Assembly: GCA_964498075.1 (NCBI GenBank)
Contig: CAZCGA010000010.1
Location: 9,247-73,246 of the forward strand
DNA: 64,000 nucleotides
Reading direction: 5' to 3'
Source of the DNA: an uncultured Candidatus Binatia bacterium
GTDB lineage: Bacteria > Desulfobacterota > Binatia > HRBIN30
Made by a program: the position numbers and the translations under genes. Below, piece by piece: positions 9,342-19,100 of this stretch. Within the stretch, counting starts at the first letter, position 1, and each line of letters begins with the position of its first letter. The notes beneath the pieces are model-generated. The model was not told the origin of the DNA. It was given only the letters and a program-made list of their open reading frames with translations, and searched no databases.

Positions 9342-10763
9342 ATGGCGCAGTCCGTATCAGTGGCGGCCCGCCACCCGCAGTTAGCTGCGGCGGTTCGCGC
9401 AGCGGCCGCCGGGCAGCACAAACCGGTCTATCTGTTGGCCGGCGAATCGTTCGAAACGCGCGCGGCGGCGCAGGCGTTGCTGGACGTTCTCGTGCCGGCG
9501 GAACGGCGCGCCTTCAACCTCGAGACGTACGACGGCCGTACCACACCACTGGCAGCGGTCATCGACAGCCTGCGCATGCCGGGGTTCTTTCCGGGGATCA
9601 AGGCGGTGTGGGTTCGCGAAACCACCCTGTTCCTGTCCGGCGAGAAACGTTCGGATCTCACCCACACGGTGCTCGCAGCCTGGAGCGACGGTCGCGAGCA
9701 GGAGGCGGCTGAAAAGCTCCTCACGCTGGCCGCACTCGCCGGGTGGTCGCAGGAGCAGTTTCGTGAGACGCGCCTATCGACACTCGGCAAGACACGCCTG
9801 CGCGAGCTGTGCGGCGAGGAGCCGGACCCCGAGCAGGCGGCGCTGCTCGACGCCGTGCAGGCGGCGTGCGTCGCCCGCGACCTCGGCGTCGGCGCCTATC
9901 GCGACGACAGCGCCGTGCTGATCGAGTTTCTCGACGCCGGTGTGGGTGCCGGCGGCGTGCTGGTGCTGACCGCCTCGGCGGTGGACGCCCGCAAGCGCCT
10001 GTACAAACGCTTGAAGGACATCGGGGCAGTGGTCGACGTCAGCGCGGCTCGCGAACGTAGCGGGGCCCTCAGCCGCGAGACCGTCGACGACCTGGTGCAG
10101 CACGTCGTGCACGAGTTCGGCAAGCGGCTGGAGACGAACGCGCACCAGCTGGTCGTGCGGCGCGCCGGCACCGATGTGGCCATGCTGGCGATGGAGCTGG
10201 AGAAGCTGTGTCTGTATGCCGGTGACCAACCCTCCATCAGTGAGGAAGACGTGCGCCAGGTGTTTCGCGACATGGGCGAGTCGTGGATCTTCGACTTCAC
10301 GGCGGCGCTGGCAAGCCGGCAGCTGGCGCCAGCGTTGCCGTTGCTCCGCGGGCTCTTGGAGCAAGGCGAACCGCCGCTGCGCCTGCTGGCCATGATCGCA
10401 CGCGAGCTGCGCTTGCTGCTGGTGGCGCGCGAGTGTCTCGATGACAGCCTGCGCGGCAAGTGGCGGGGGAATCTGCCGTTCAATGTCTTTCAAACCCGCC
10501 TGCTGCCGCTGCTCGATGCCGACACGCGTCAAGCGTTTGGGAATGCGCACCCCTTCGTCGTTTACAAGCGCCTGCAGGACGCCGCACGTATGGACACGCG
10601 CGCGCTCCGCGAGGCGTTGGTCCGGTTGTCGGATCTCGATGCACAGCTGAAGTCTTCGCGTAGCGATCCGGCGTTGTTGCTGGAGGCCTTCGTCATCGCG
10701 TGGTGCCGGGGCGCCGGCAAGGAGCGGTCGTCCTCGCGGCCGCTCGAATCCTCGCACCCGTGA
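9342..10763 (+). CDS. holA: DNA polymerase III delta subunit (HolA), unusually long
   Basis: N-terminus is KPVYLLAGESFETRAAAQALLD. The central part is DVAMLAMELEKLCLYAGDQPSISEEDVRQVF...ALPLLRGLLEQGEPPLRLLAMIARELRLL, typical of HolA. Confidence 0.7.
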   Translation: MAQSVSVAARHPQLAAAVRAAAAGQHKPVYLLAGESFETRAAAQALLDVLVPAERRAFNLETYDGRTTPLAAVIDSLRMPGFFPGIKAVWVRETTLFLSGEKRSDLTHTVLAAWSDGREQEAAEKLLTLAALAGWSQEQFRETRLSTLGKTRLRELCGEEPDPEQAALLDAVQAACVARDLGVGAYRDDSAVLIEFLDAGVGAGGVLVLTASAVDARKRLYKRLKDIGAVVDVSAARERSGALSRETVDDLVQHVVHEFGKRLETNAHQLVVRRAGTDVAMLAMELEKLCLYAGDQPSISEEDVRQVFRDMGESWIFDFTAALASRQLAPALPLLRGLLEQGEPPLRLLAMIARELRLLLVARECLDDSLRGKWRGNLPFNVFQTRLLPLLDADTRQAFGNAHPFVVYKRLQDAARMDTRALREALVRLSDLDAQLKSSRSDPALLLEAFVIAWCRGAGKERSSSRPLESSHP

Positions 10764-10774
10764 ACCCTGAGTGA

Positions 10775-11218
10775 TCAGTCGGCGCCGCGGCGAACCACGA
10801 ACACCGGACACGGTGCGTGTCGGATGATCTTCTCGGCGACGCTGCCCAGCACCAGATGCTGGATGCCGGTACGCCCGTGCGTCGAGGTGATGATCAAATC
10901 GACCCGGCGCCGGGTGGCGATAGCCGTCAACTGCTCGTACGGATCGCCGATCTCGACCAGCAGCTCGCACTTCGGATAGCCATCGAGCCGCTGGTCGCGC
11001 AGCTGCTCCAGCAGCACTCGGCTGCGGGACTTCGCCTCCTCGAACGTGAGGACATGGCCGTCCGCCTGATAGAGCTCGCCGCTCGGCACGTGAATGATGT
11101 GCGCCAGCACGAGCCACCCGTCGGCGGCCTTGGCGAAGCGCAGGCCGTAGTCGATGGCGTGGAATGACTCGTCGGAGAAATCGGTGGGACACAGGATGTT
11201 CTTGAACTCGCGCAGCAT
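10775..11218 (-). CDS. Universal stress protein (UspA family)
   Basis: Sequence runs MLREFKNILCPTDFSDES... to ...DLIITSTHGRTGIQHLVLGSVAEKIIRHAPCPVFVVR. Confidence 0.85.
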   Translation of the reverse strand: MLREFKNILCPTDFSDESFHAIDYGLRFAKAADGWLVLAHIIHVPSGELYQADGHVLTFEEAKSRSRVLLEQLRDQRLDGYPKCELLVEIGDPYEQLTAIATRRRVDLIITSTHGRTGIQHLVLGSVAEKIIRHAPCPVFVVRRGAD

Positions 11219-11231
11219 GCTCGTGCTCCTT

Positions 11232-13691
11232 TCAGGCGACAACGTTGGCAGCGCGCAGCGCGGCAATCGCCTCCGAGGTCAGGCCGAGCACACGCTGCAA
11301 GACCGTATTCGTATGTTCGCCAAGCAACGGACCGGGGGCTCGCACGTCGCCAGGCGTGTCCGACATCTTGAAGGGCACGCCGTCGAGCTCGACGGCCGCT
11401 CCCTCAGGCGTGTCCACGCACGCCCAGTATCGCCGCGCCTGCAAATGCGAGTCGCGCCGGCAAAGGTCCTCGGCGTTGGCCACGACGCCGGCGACGATCC
11501 CGGCACGCTGCAAGGTGGTCATGACGGCCTCGGCGCTGCGGCTGCGGGTCCAGGACTCCACGAGTGGTGCGAGCACTGACTCGTTCGCCACGCGAGCGCT
11601 GTGGCTGGCGAAGCGCACATCCCGGGTCCAATCCGGGTGCCCCAGTGCGCCGCAGAACCGCCTCCAGTCGTCGTCGCCGAACACGGCGATCGCGCACCAG
11701 CGGTCGCGTGCCGCCGCGTCACCAGACAGGTCTGCGCAACGATACACACCGTGCGGTGCACCTGGCATTTCCTGTGAACAATTGTCAAGTGCTGCGCACC
11801 CTGTCTCCAAAGCCTGACCGAGGAGAACGGCAAGCAGTCGCGGCCCGAGCAAGGCGGTCACGCTCTCGAACTGCGAGAGGTCGACGCGCTGACCTTCACC
11901 GGTACGGCGCCGATGCCACAGTGCCATCAAGACCGCGAGCGCGCCGCTGTAGCCGCCGGCCATGTCGGAGTATGAGAATCCCCAGCCCGCGGGTTCGCCG
12001 CCCGGATGGCACATGAGCAACGTATATCCCGACAAGGCCTGCAAGGTCGGGCCGTAGCTCACGTAGTCACGCTGCGGACCGGTGTGGCCGAAGCCGGACA
12101 TGCTGACCGTGATGATGTCCGGCTTGATGCGCCGCAGGTTGTCGTCGTCGAGTCCCCAGTTGCGCATGACGCGGGCACTGAAGTTGTCGATCACCACGTC
12201 GGCGGTTGCGATCAGTTCTTTGGCCAGTGCGATCCCGCGGGGCGTGCTCATGTTCAGCACGATGCTCTGCTTGCCGCGGTTGAGGTTGCCCGTCAGGCCG
12301 CCGCGACGCGATCCGAAATCGAGCCCGTCGCGGCGCTCGATCTTGATCACTTCGGCCCCATGATCGGCGAGAATCCGTGTCGCCACCGGGCCCGCGACCA
12401 CCCAGGTGAAGTCGATGACGCGCACGCCGTCCAAGGCTCGCGGACAGGTCCCCTCCCCTGTTGCCAATTCGGGCAACGGGGGAGGGCTAGGGAGGGGGCC
12501 TCTCTTCAGCTCTGCAAACACCACCTCGTTGTGCTCCCCAAGCAGCGGTGGTCGGCGGCGGATGCGCCACGGTGTCCGGCTGAACACGTACGGTGCGCCG
12601 GGATAGGTGAGCGTCGCGCCCAACTCCTCGTGAACGACTGGAACGAAGAAGCCGCGGTCGACGAGCTGCGGATTCTGTTGAAGCGTTTCGGGGGCGAGCA
12701 CCGCAGCGTACGGAATGCGCCGCAGCTGCGCGCCGTCGACCAGATCGGCGACGGTGTAATCCTTGGCCCACGCGTCGAGGACGTCGAAGAGATGGACGCA
12801 GTGATCGCGTCGGTGGTTGAAATCTTCCCACGCCGCCTCGCCGAGATCCTGTGCTTTGCCGTCGGCCTTTACCCACTCGATCAACGAGGTCCAGTCACCG
12901 AGCGTGCAGTGCATGACGTAGCCGTCCCTGCACCGGCCGACGCGGAAGTAGCGCGTCCAGTGCAAGCTGCCGTGGCGCTCGGCGATCGTATGGTCCTGAT
13001 GGAAGAAACTGCTCGCGTGCTCGACGCAGACGGCGACACATTCCTGAATGCTGACGTCGATCCACTGGCCGCGCTCGGTCTGCTCGCGTGCCAGCAGCGC
13101 CAGCAGGGCGCCGATGGCGGCGTAGCTCGAGGCGCTGTGGTAGGCCTGCAACCCGAGCCCCTGCAGGGGCGGTTCGTTGGGGAAGCCGTTGACGTAGACC
13201 ATTCCGCCGAGCGCCTGGCAGATCAAATCCGAGCCGCGGTAGTCACGGTGCGGCCCGTTCTGGCCGAACGGCGTGATCGAAACGACGCTCAGTACAGGGT
13301 TCCGCGCCGCCAGCGCGGCGTATCCCAAGCCGAGCTCGTCCATACGGCCGGGCGGCGCGGTCTCGATCACGATGTCGGCGCCTTCAGTCAACTGGAGGAA
13401 GCGCTCGCGATCGTGGAGGGCTTCGAGGTCGAGCGTCACGCTGCGCTTGCTCGTGTTGTAGTGCGAGAAGAAGAGCGACCGGTTCACCTCGTTGGCATCA
13501 CGGGCGTCGGTGGCGCGGGCGTCCCCGCCCGCGAAGAACGGCCCGATGCGTCGCATCGCGGCGCCGCCGGGCGGCTCGACGTTGACGACGTCGGCGCCCA
13601 TGTCCGCGAGCAGCTTGCCGCAGTACGCACCGGACTGATCCGCCAGATCGAGCACGCGCACGCCATCGAGTGCGCCGGGACGTTTGGCCAT
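11232..13691 (-). CDS. Tandem-fused family III CoA-transferase (two CaiB/BaiF-type domains in one chain)
   Basis: There are two N-terminal-type signatures: GALDGVRVLDLADQSGAYCGKLLADMGADVVNVEPPGG (aa ~5) and ALDGVRVIDFTWVVAGPVATRILADHGAEVIKIERRDG (aa ~420). Each is followed by its own full-length domain. Confidence 0.75.
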   Translation of the reverse strand: MAKRPGALDGVRVLDLADQSGAYCGKLLADMGADVVNVEPPGGAAMRRIGPFFAGGDARATDARDANEVNRSLFFSHYNTSKRSVTLDLEALHDRERFLQLTEGADIVIETAPPGRMDELGLGYAALAARNPVLSVVSITPFGQNGPHRDYRGSDLICQALGGMVYVNGFPNEPPLQGLGLQAYHSASSYAAIGALLALLAREQTERGQWIDVSIQECVAVCVEHASSFFHQDHTIAERHGSLHWTRYFRVGRCRDGYVMHCTLGDWTSLIEWVKADGKAQDLGEAAWEDFNHRRDHCVHLFDVLDAWAKDYTVADLVDGAQLRRIPYAAVLAPETLQQNPQLVDRGFFVPVVHEELGATLTYPGAPYVFSRTPWRIRRRPPLLGEHNEVVFAELKRGPLPSPPPLPELATGEGTCPRALDGVRVIDFTWVVAGPVATRILADHGAEVIKIERRDGLDFGSRRGGLTGNLNRGKQSIVLNMSTPRGIALAKELIATADVVIDNFSARVMRNWGLDDDNLRRIKPDIITVSMSGFGHTGPQRDYVSYGPTLQALSGYTLLMCHPGGEPAGWGFSYSDMAGGYSGALAVLMALWHRRRTGEGQRVDLSQFESVTALLGPRLLAVLLGQALETGCAALDNCSQEMPGAPHGVYRCADLSGDAAARDRWCAIAVFGDDDWRRFCGALGHPDWTRDVRFASHSARVANESVLAPLVESWTRSRSAEAVMTTLQRAGIVAGVVANAEDLCRRDSHLQARRYWACVDTPEGAAVELDGVPFKMSDTPGDVRAPGPLLGEHTNTVLQRVLGLTSEAIAALRAANVVA

Positions 13692-13778
13692 GCGCCGCCC
13701 GATAGAAGAGCGCTCGCGTGAAGTCAACGCGCCACGCTTCTGGCGCGTTCGCGCCGTATGCTACAGACAGAGACCGCG

Positions 13779-14156
13779 ATGCGCTGCCCGAAATGCCAGG
13801 CTGAGAACCTCCCCGACGCCGCGTTCTGCGAGCTGTGTGGCAGCACACTCGAGCTCGCGTGCAGCGCGTGTGGAGCAGGCAACCGCCCGCCCGCCAAGTT
13901 CTGCCGCAAGTGCAGCGCGCCGCTCACCGGCGCCCCCGCAGCCCGGCCTTCCGGTTCGCCGGCTGCGTACACCCCACGCCACCTCGCCGAAAAGATCCTC
14001 ACCTCGCGCAGCGCCCTCGAAGGCGAGCGCAAGCAGGTCACGGTGCTGTTCGTCGACGTGCAGGGGTCGATGGATCTCGCCGATCAGGTCGACCCGGAAG
14101 AGTGGCACCGGATCATGGATCGCTTCTTCGCCATCCTGGCGCGCGAGCTCGGATGA
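13779..14156 (+). pseudogene. 5' fragment of a double-zinc-ribbon / class III adenylate-guanylate cyclase gene (truncated)
   Basis: Zinc ribbons are MRCPKCQAEN..CELCG...CSACG..NRPPAKFCRKCSAPL. Then comes YTPRHLAEKILTSRSALEGERKQVTVLFVDVQGSMDLAD...MDRFF, the first ~35 residues of a cyclase homology domain. A stop follows immediately; the catalytic remainder is absent, and the convergent gene ends 72 nt later. Confidence 0.6.
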
Positions 14157-14228
14157 CTGCCAGAGGCGGAAGCCTGCGGTGACGGAGTCGCGAGTTCAAT
14201 GGCAACGACATCATGATGATCGTTGGGG

Positions 14229-15185
14229 TTACCAGGGCAGATTGTCGAGATCGACGTTCCCGCCGCTCAGCACAATGCCCACGCGCGCGACGTTGGTGAT
14301 CGCTCTGAGCTCGTCCGACAGCACGGCGGCGACGGCTACGGCCGCACTGGGCTCGATGAGGAGTTTGGCGCGTTCCCACATGAGACGCATCGCTGCCACG
14401 ATCTCGGCGTCGGTCACGGTGACGACGCGTTCCGCCTGATCGCGGATGATCGGCCAGGTCAGCTCGCCGAGACTCGTGCGCAGGCCGTCGGCGATGGTGT
14501 CCGGGGCGGTCTGCGGGATGAGCGTCCCTGCGGCCTTCGAGCGCGCGGCGTCATCAGCCCCACGCGGCTCGGCGGCGAAGATGCGAATCGATGGGTCGAG
14601 GCCGTGGGCGGCGATACAGACGCCCGAGATCAGTCCGCCGCCGCCGACCGGGGCGACGATCGCGTCGAGAGGAGCCGCCTGCCCGAGAAGCTCCAGTGCG
14701 GCGGTGCCCTGGCCCGCGATGATGTCGGGATGATCGTACGGATGGATGAACGTCCCGCCCGTCTCAGCGAGTACCGCAGCGGCGGTGGTTTCGCGCGCCG
14801 CCAGCGTCGCGTCGCACTCGATCACGTGTCCGCCGTACGCCGCCACGGCGCGGCACTTCACTGGCGAGGCGGTGCGCGGCATGACGATGCGTGCCGGGAT
14901 GCCGCGCAGCTGCGCCGCCAAGGCCAGCGCCTGGGCGTGATTGCCGGAGCTGTGCGTGACCACGCCGCGCGCCGCCACCGCGTCGCTGAGTCGCAGCACG
15001 GCGTTGCAGGCGCCGCGAAACTTGAAGGCGCCGACCTTCTGCAGGTGCTCGCACTTGAAGAAGAGGCGGCGTCCGGCCAATCGGTCCAATGTGGCGCACG
15101 TGGTGACCGGTGTGCGGTGTATGACACCGGCGATGCGTTCAGCGGCGGCCCGGACAGCCAGAAGGTTGACAGCATAGCGGCCCAT
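14229..15185 (-). CDS. PLP-dependent serine/threonine dehydratase family (threonine ammonia-lyase / serine racemase-like)
   Basis: PLP-lysine motif is FKCEHLQKVGAFKFRGACNA. The SGNHAQALA and GGGGLISG loops are present. Confidence 0.8.
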   Translation of the reverse strand: MGRYAVNLLAVRAAAERIAGVIHRTPVTTCATLDRLAGRRLFFKCEHLQKVGAFKFRGACNAVLRLSDAVAARGVVTHSSGNHAQALALAAQLRGIPARIVMPRTASPVKCRAVAAYGGHVIECDATLAARETTAAAVLAETGGTFIHPYDHPDIIAGQGTAALELLGQAAPLDAIVAPVGGGGLISGVCIAAHGLDPSIRIFAAEPRGADDAARSKAAGTLIPQTAPDTIADGLRTSLGELTWPIIRDQAERVVTVTDAEIVAAMRLMWERAKLLIEPSAAVAVAAVLSDELRAITNVARVGIVLSGGNVDLDNLPW

Positions 15186-15275
15186 GCGTGCACTCTATGC
15201 CTCTTCGTGGGCGATGTGTCATCCGGGCCTCTCGCAGCTTGGCGTCTCTGCGGCAAATCGGATAGGGAAGCCACT

Positions 15276-16094
15276 GTGCCACGCCTCAGGATCGGTGACC
15301 TTGCGCTCAACTACGAACAGGAAGGTCAGGGGACCGACCTCGTGCTGATTCATGGTCTGGGCGCCGACTTGCACATCTGGGATGCGGACGTGGCGGTGTT
15401 CGCGCGCCATCACCGGGTCCTCCGGCCGGACGTGCGCGGGTTCGGCGCCTCAGACAAGCCGCCGGGACCGTACTCGCCGGCGCTGTTTGCGCGCGACCTC
15501 GACGGGCTGTGTGCGGCGTGTGGCATCGTCGATGCGCACGTGTTGGGGATTTCCATGGGCGGCGTGATTGCGCAACGCTTCGCGCTCGATTTCCTGCGGC
15601 GCGTCCGCTCGCTGGTGTTGGTGAGCACCTCGAGCGAGGTGGGTGCAACGTCCGTTGCCGCGTGGCAGCGCCTCGCCGACACGATCGAGCGCGATGGCTT
15701 CGATGCACGCAGCGCGGATGCGTCGCGCGCATTCTCGCCGGCGTTTGCCGCGAGTCATCCGGAGGTCGTGGATGATCTCGGACGCCGCAATGCAGCCTGC
15801 GATTCGCAGGGTTACGCGGCGGCGGCGCGCGCGGTGAGTGATTACAACTGGACCGCGGAGTTGCCGCGGCTGAGGGTGCCGACACTGATCCTGCAAGGGC
15901 TCGACGACCAGCTGACGCCGCCCGGCGGCTCGGTCAAGATGAGCCGTCAGCTGGCGCACGCGCGTTTGCTGCTGGTGGAGGCCTGCGGACACAATCTCCC
16001 GATCGAGCAGCCGGCGGTGTTTCACTCCAGCGTGCTCGGGTTCACCGCCGGGGTCGATTTCGCGCGCGGCTGTGCGTCGAGCCCCGGCGATTGA
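15276..16094 (+). CDS. Alpha/beta hydrolase (3-oxoadipate enol-lactonase-like)
   Basis: GTG 15276 is in frame with track ORF 14223..16094. Motifs seen: LVLIHGLGADLHIWD, nucleophile elbow GISMGG and C-terminal CGHNLPIEQP. The upstream part of the track ORF is antisense to the dehydratase. Confidence 0.75.
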   Translation: MPRLRIGDLALNYEQEGQGTDLVLIHGLGADLHIWDADVAVFARHHRVLRPDVRGFGASDKPPGPYSPALFARDLDGLCAACGIVDAHVLGISMGGVIAQRFALDFLRRVRSLVLVSTSSEVGATSVAAWQRLADTIERDGFDARSADASRAFSPAFAASHPEVVDDLGRRNAACDSQGYAAAARAVSDYNWTAELPRLRVPTLILQGLDDQLTPPGGSVKMSRQLAHARLLLVEACGHNLPIEQPAVFHSSVLGFTAGVDFARGCASSPGD

Positions 16095-16108
16095 CTGTGC
16101 CGCGGACC

Positions 16109-19100
16109 ATGTCTACGCGAACGACGGGTGCGGCCCTCGGGCTGCTCATCGGTCTGCTCTTCTTCATTTCCGGATTCACCGGCCTCGTGTACGAGGTCAT
16201 CTGGGCCAAGTACCTGGCGCTGTTGCTCGGGAGCACGGCCTACGCACAGGTGGGGGTGCTGGCGGTCTTCATGGGCGGGTTGGCGGCCGGCAGTGTAGTG
16301 TGGGGTGGCCGGGTCGATCGCGGCAGCCGAGCGCTGGCGCTGTATGGGGCGCTGGAGATCGGGATCGGTCTGTGCGCCGTGGTCTTTGCGTCGGGGTTCG
16401 ATGCGCTGAGTCAGGCCTACTGGTGGGCGCTGGCGACGGTCGGCGCCACGGGACTCGCGGCCGCCGTAGTCAAGACAGGGCTGTGTGTCATCGCGATGTT
16501 TCCTTCGACTTTCTGCATGGGCGGGACCCTGCCGGTGTTGAGCCGGGCGCTTGGGGTGGAGCGTCCCGGGTTGGGCCGTGGCGTCGCCTACCTGTATACG
16601 GTGAACAGCCTGGGTGCGGCGCTCGGCGCGGTCCTCACCGGCTTCTATCTCGTTGCGATGTGGGGCTTCGATGCGCCGTTCTTCACTGCGGCGCTCGTCA
16701 ACGTTGGGGTTGGACTCATTGCTCTGGCGGCGTCGTCGCGAGTGTCCGACCAGCGTCGCGAGGCGCGTCCGGCGGCGAAGGAAGCAGAGGTCGCTGTCCC
16801 AGAGATCGACGAGGTGCGAGGTTACGCATCCTTGGTTCTCACGGCCGCCGCGGTCTCGGGCGCCGTCGCGATGGTCTACGAGGTCGCATGGATACGGTTG
16901 TGCAGCTTGGTGCTCGGCTCGTCGACGTACTCGTTCTCCATCATGCTCACGGCCTTCATTACGGGCATCGCGGCGGGCAGTCTGGTGTACAGCCTGACCG
17001 ACCCGGCGCGCCGGCGACCGTTGCGATTCTTCGCCTACAGCTCGCTGGTGGCGGCGGCGGTGTTGGTCTTGTGCCTGCCGGCGTATGAGCGGCTGCCATA
17101 TTATCTTGGGCGGCTTACGGCCATCCTGCGGCAGCGCGACGCGTCATTCGCGACGTATCAAACGGCGACGTTGCTCTTCTGCGTAGCCGTGATGCTACCG
17201 CTGACCTTCGTGAGTGGTTTGAACTTCCCCGCGTTGGCGCATGCGGCTGGGCAGGCGCGTGCAGGAATCGGTCGACCGGTGAGTCGGGTGCTATTTGCGA
17301 ATACGGCGGGCACGATCTGCGGGGCCGTTGTCGGTGGGCTCTATCTGCTCCCCGCGGCCGGCCTTCACGGAACGTTCCTTCTCGGCATTACGGCAACCGC
17401 GCTGGTGGCCCTGGTGGTATTGGCGCGTGACCGTGGTGTCCCACGCCGCAGGGTGCAGCTGCTCAGCGCAGTGTCACTGGCGGTGTTGGCGGCGTACGCG
17501 GTGATTGGACCGGGATGGGACCTCCGGTTGCTGGTTGCCGGCGAGTTCCGTCGCCACGAGGGCATCGAGGCCGGCACCTTTGCGGAGTATCGTGCCGGCT
17601 TGGAGCAGCAACTGCTCTTCTACCGGGACGGCATCAGCGCGACCGTCAGCGTCGAGCGTCAGCCGCCGGACGAAGTGACCTTGCGGGTGAATGGCAAGGC
17701 CGACGCGTCGGCCAAGGGGGATCGCGACACGGAGCTGTTGTCCGGCCACTTGCCGGCCATCCTGCATCCGACGGCGCGCCGCGCGTTGGTCATCGGGTAT
17801 GGCAGCGGCATCACGGTCGGCGCGCTGTTGCGCCATCCCATCGAGTCGGTCGACGTCGTCGAGATCTCTCCGGAAGTGATCGCCGCCGACGAGCAGTTTC
17901 GACCGTACAACCATGACCCGCTGCACGATCCACGCACGCACCTCTACGTCGAGGACGCGCGCACCTTTCTCTACCGTGTCGAGGAGCAGTACGACCTGAT
18001 CGTGAGCGAGCCCTCCAACCCCTGGATTGCCGGGATCGCCAACCTCTTTACGGTCGAGTTCTTCGACCAGGTGCGCAGTCGACTCGCCCCGGACGGCGTG
18101 CTCGTGCAATGGTTCCACACCTACGAGACCTCCGACACGCTGGTGCGACTCATTCTGCGGACCGTTGCCCAGGGTTTCGGGGAGGTACGGGTCTTCCAGC
18201 CGAATCGCTGGGACGTCTTTGTGGTTGCGGCGCCGTCACGACGCATCGTGAGCCGCACGGCCATGGAAGCGGCTTTCCGTGAGGCTGGGGAGCTGGGCGA
18301 AGTGGGGATCAACCGTGTCGCAACCGTGCTTGGGCTGGAGATGCTCGCCGACGCGGCGGTGCGCAGGCAAGCGGGAGCCGGCGTCGTGAACCGCGATCGC
18401 CTCCCGGTGCTCGAGTACATGGCGCCGCGGGCATTCTTCGATGGCAAGAACGCCAGTCTCATCGCCAAGGGTGCTATCGAGGACGGATTCGTGCAACCGG
18501 CGATCGGACTCGATGCAGACGACTACCGCGACCTCACTGCGTACCTGAAGAGAGCCGACCTGCTGCACTACAACCAGGCGCTGCGCATCGTGGCGGCGTG
18601 GCTGGCGGCCGCCCCACAGGACCAGACGGCGGCCAAGATGCTGACGGACTGGACAACCAGCAACCCCAACTCGCCCGTGTTGCTGGAGACGTTGAGCGGC
18701 GCCGCCTCCCACACCGACCCGGCGACGCGCGACGCCTATGCAGGGTTGCTGATGCGCGTGGTGTGGTCGCTGCACCTCAAACCCGCCGCGCGCGATGTCG
18801 CCGCGGTCGCCCCGATCGTTCGGACGGCGGCGCAGGGGTCTGAGCAGGCCGTTGAGCTGCTCACCCAGCTCGGTGAGCTCTACGTGGCGAGCGGTGCGTA
18901 TGCGGACGCCATCGAGACACTGGATGCCGCCTTGGCACAGTCCGCATCCGCCGGGCTCGACGGCGCATCGGAGCCGTCGGCGTTGCACTGCGCGCGTGGG
19001 CGCGCCTTCGAGAAGTTGGGTAACGTGCCGGCGGCGCAGGCGGCGTTGGCCCTGTGTCGGCCGGCGGCCCCCGATGCCGCGCATCCGTTCGCCGAGTCGC

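Noticed and set aside
9774-13721. Long antisense ORFs 9774..11192 (-) and 12006..13721 (+). The same applies to 45294..46220 (-), 48245..49234 (-), 60495..61631 (-) and the 5' part of 47615..48781 (+).
   Set aside because: They lie opposite or out of frame to CDSs with clear family motifs (holA, CoA-transferase, TPP enzyme, engB, cas4-cas1). Their Arg/Ala/Gly/Pro-rich composition is expected from high-GC shadow frames.
14223-15275. The 5' two-thirds of the 623-aa track ORF 14223..16094 (+).
   Set aside because: It is exactly antisense to the well-supported PLP dehydratase gene (14229..15185 -) and has no recognisable motifs. Only the part from GTG 15276 shows alpha/beta-hydrolase features.
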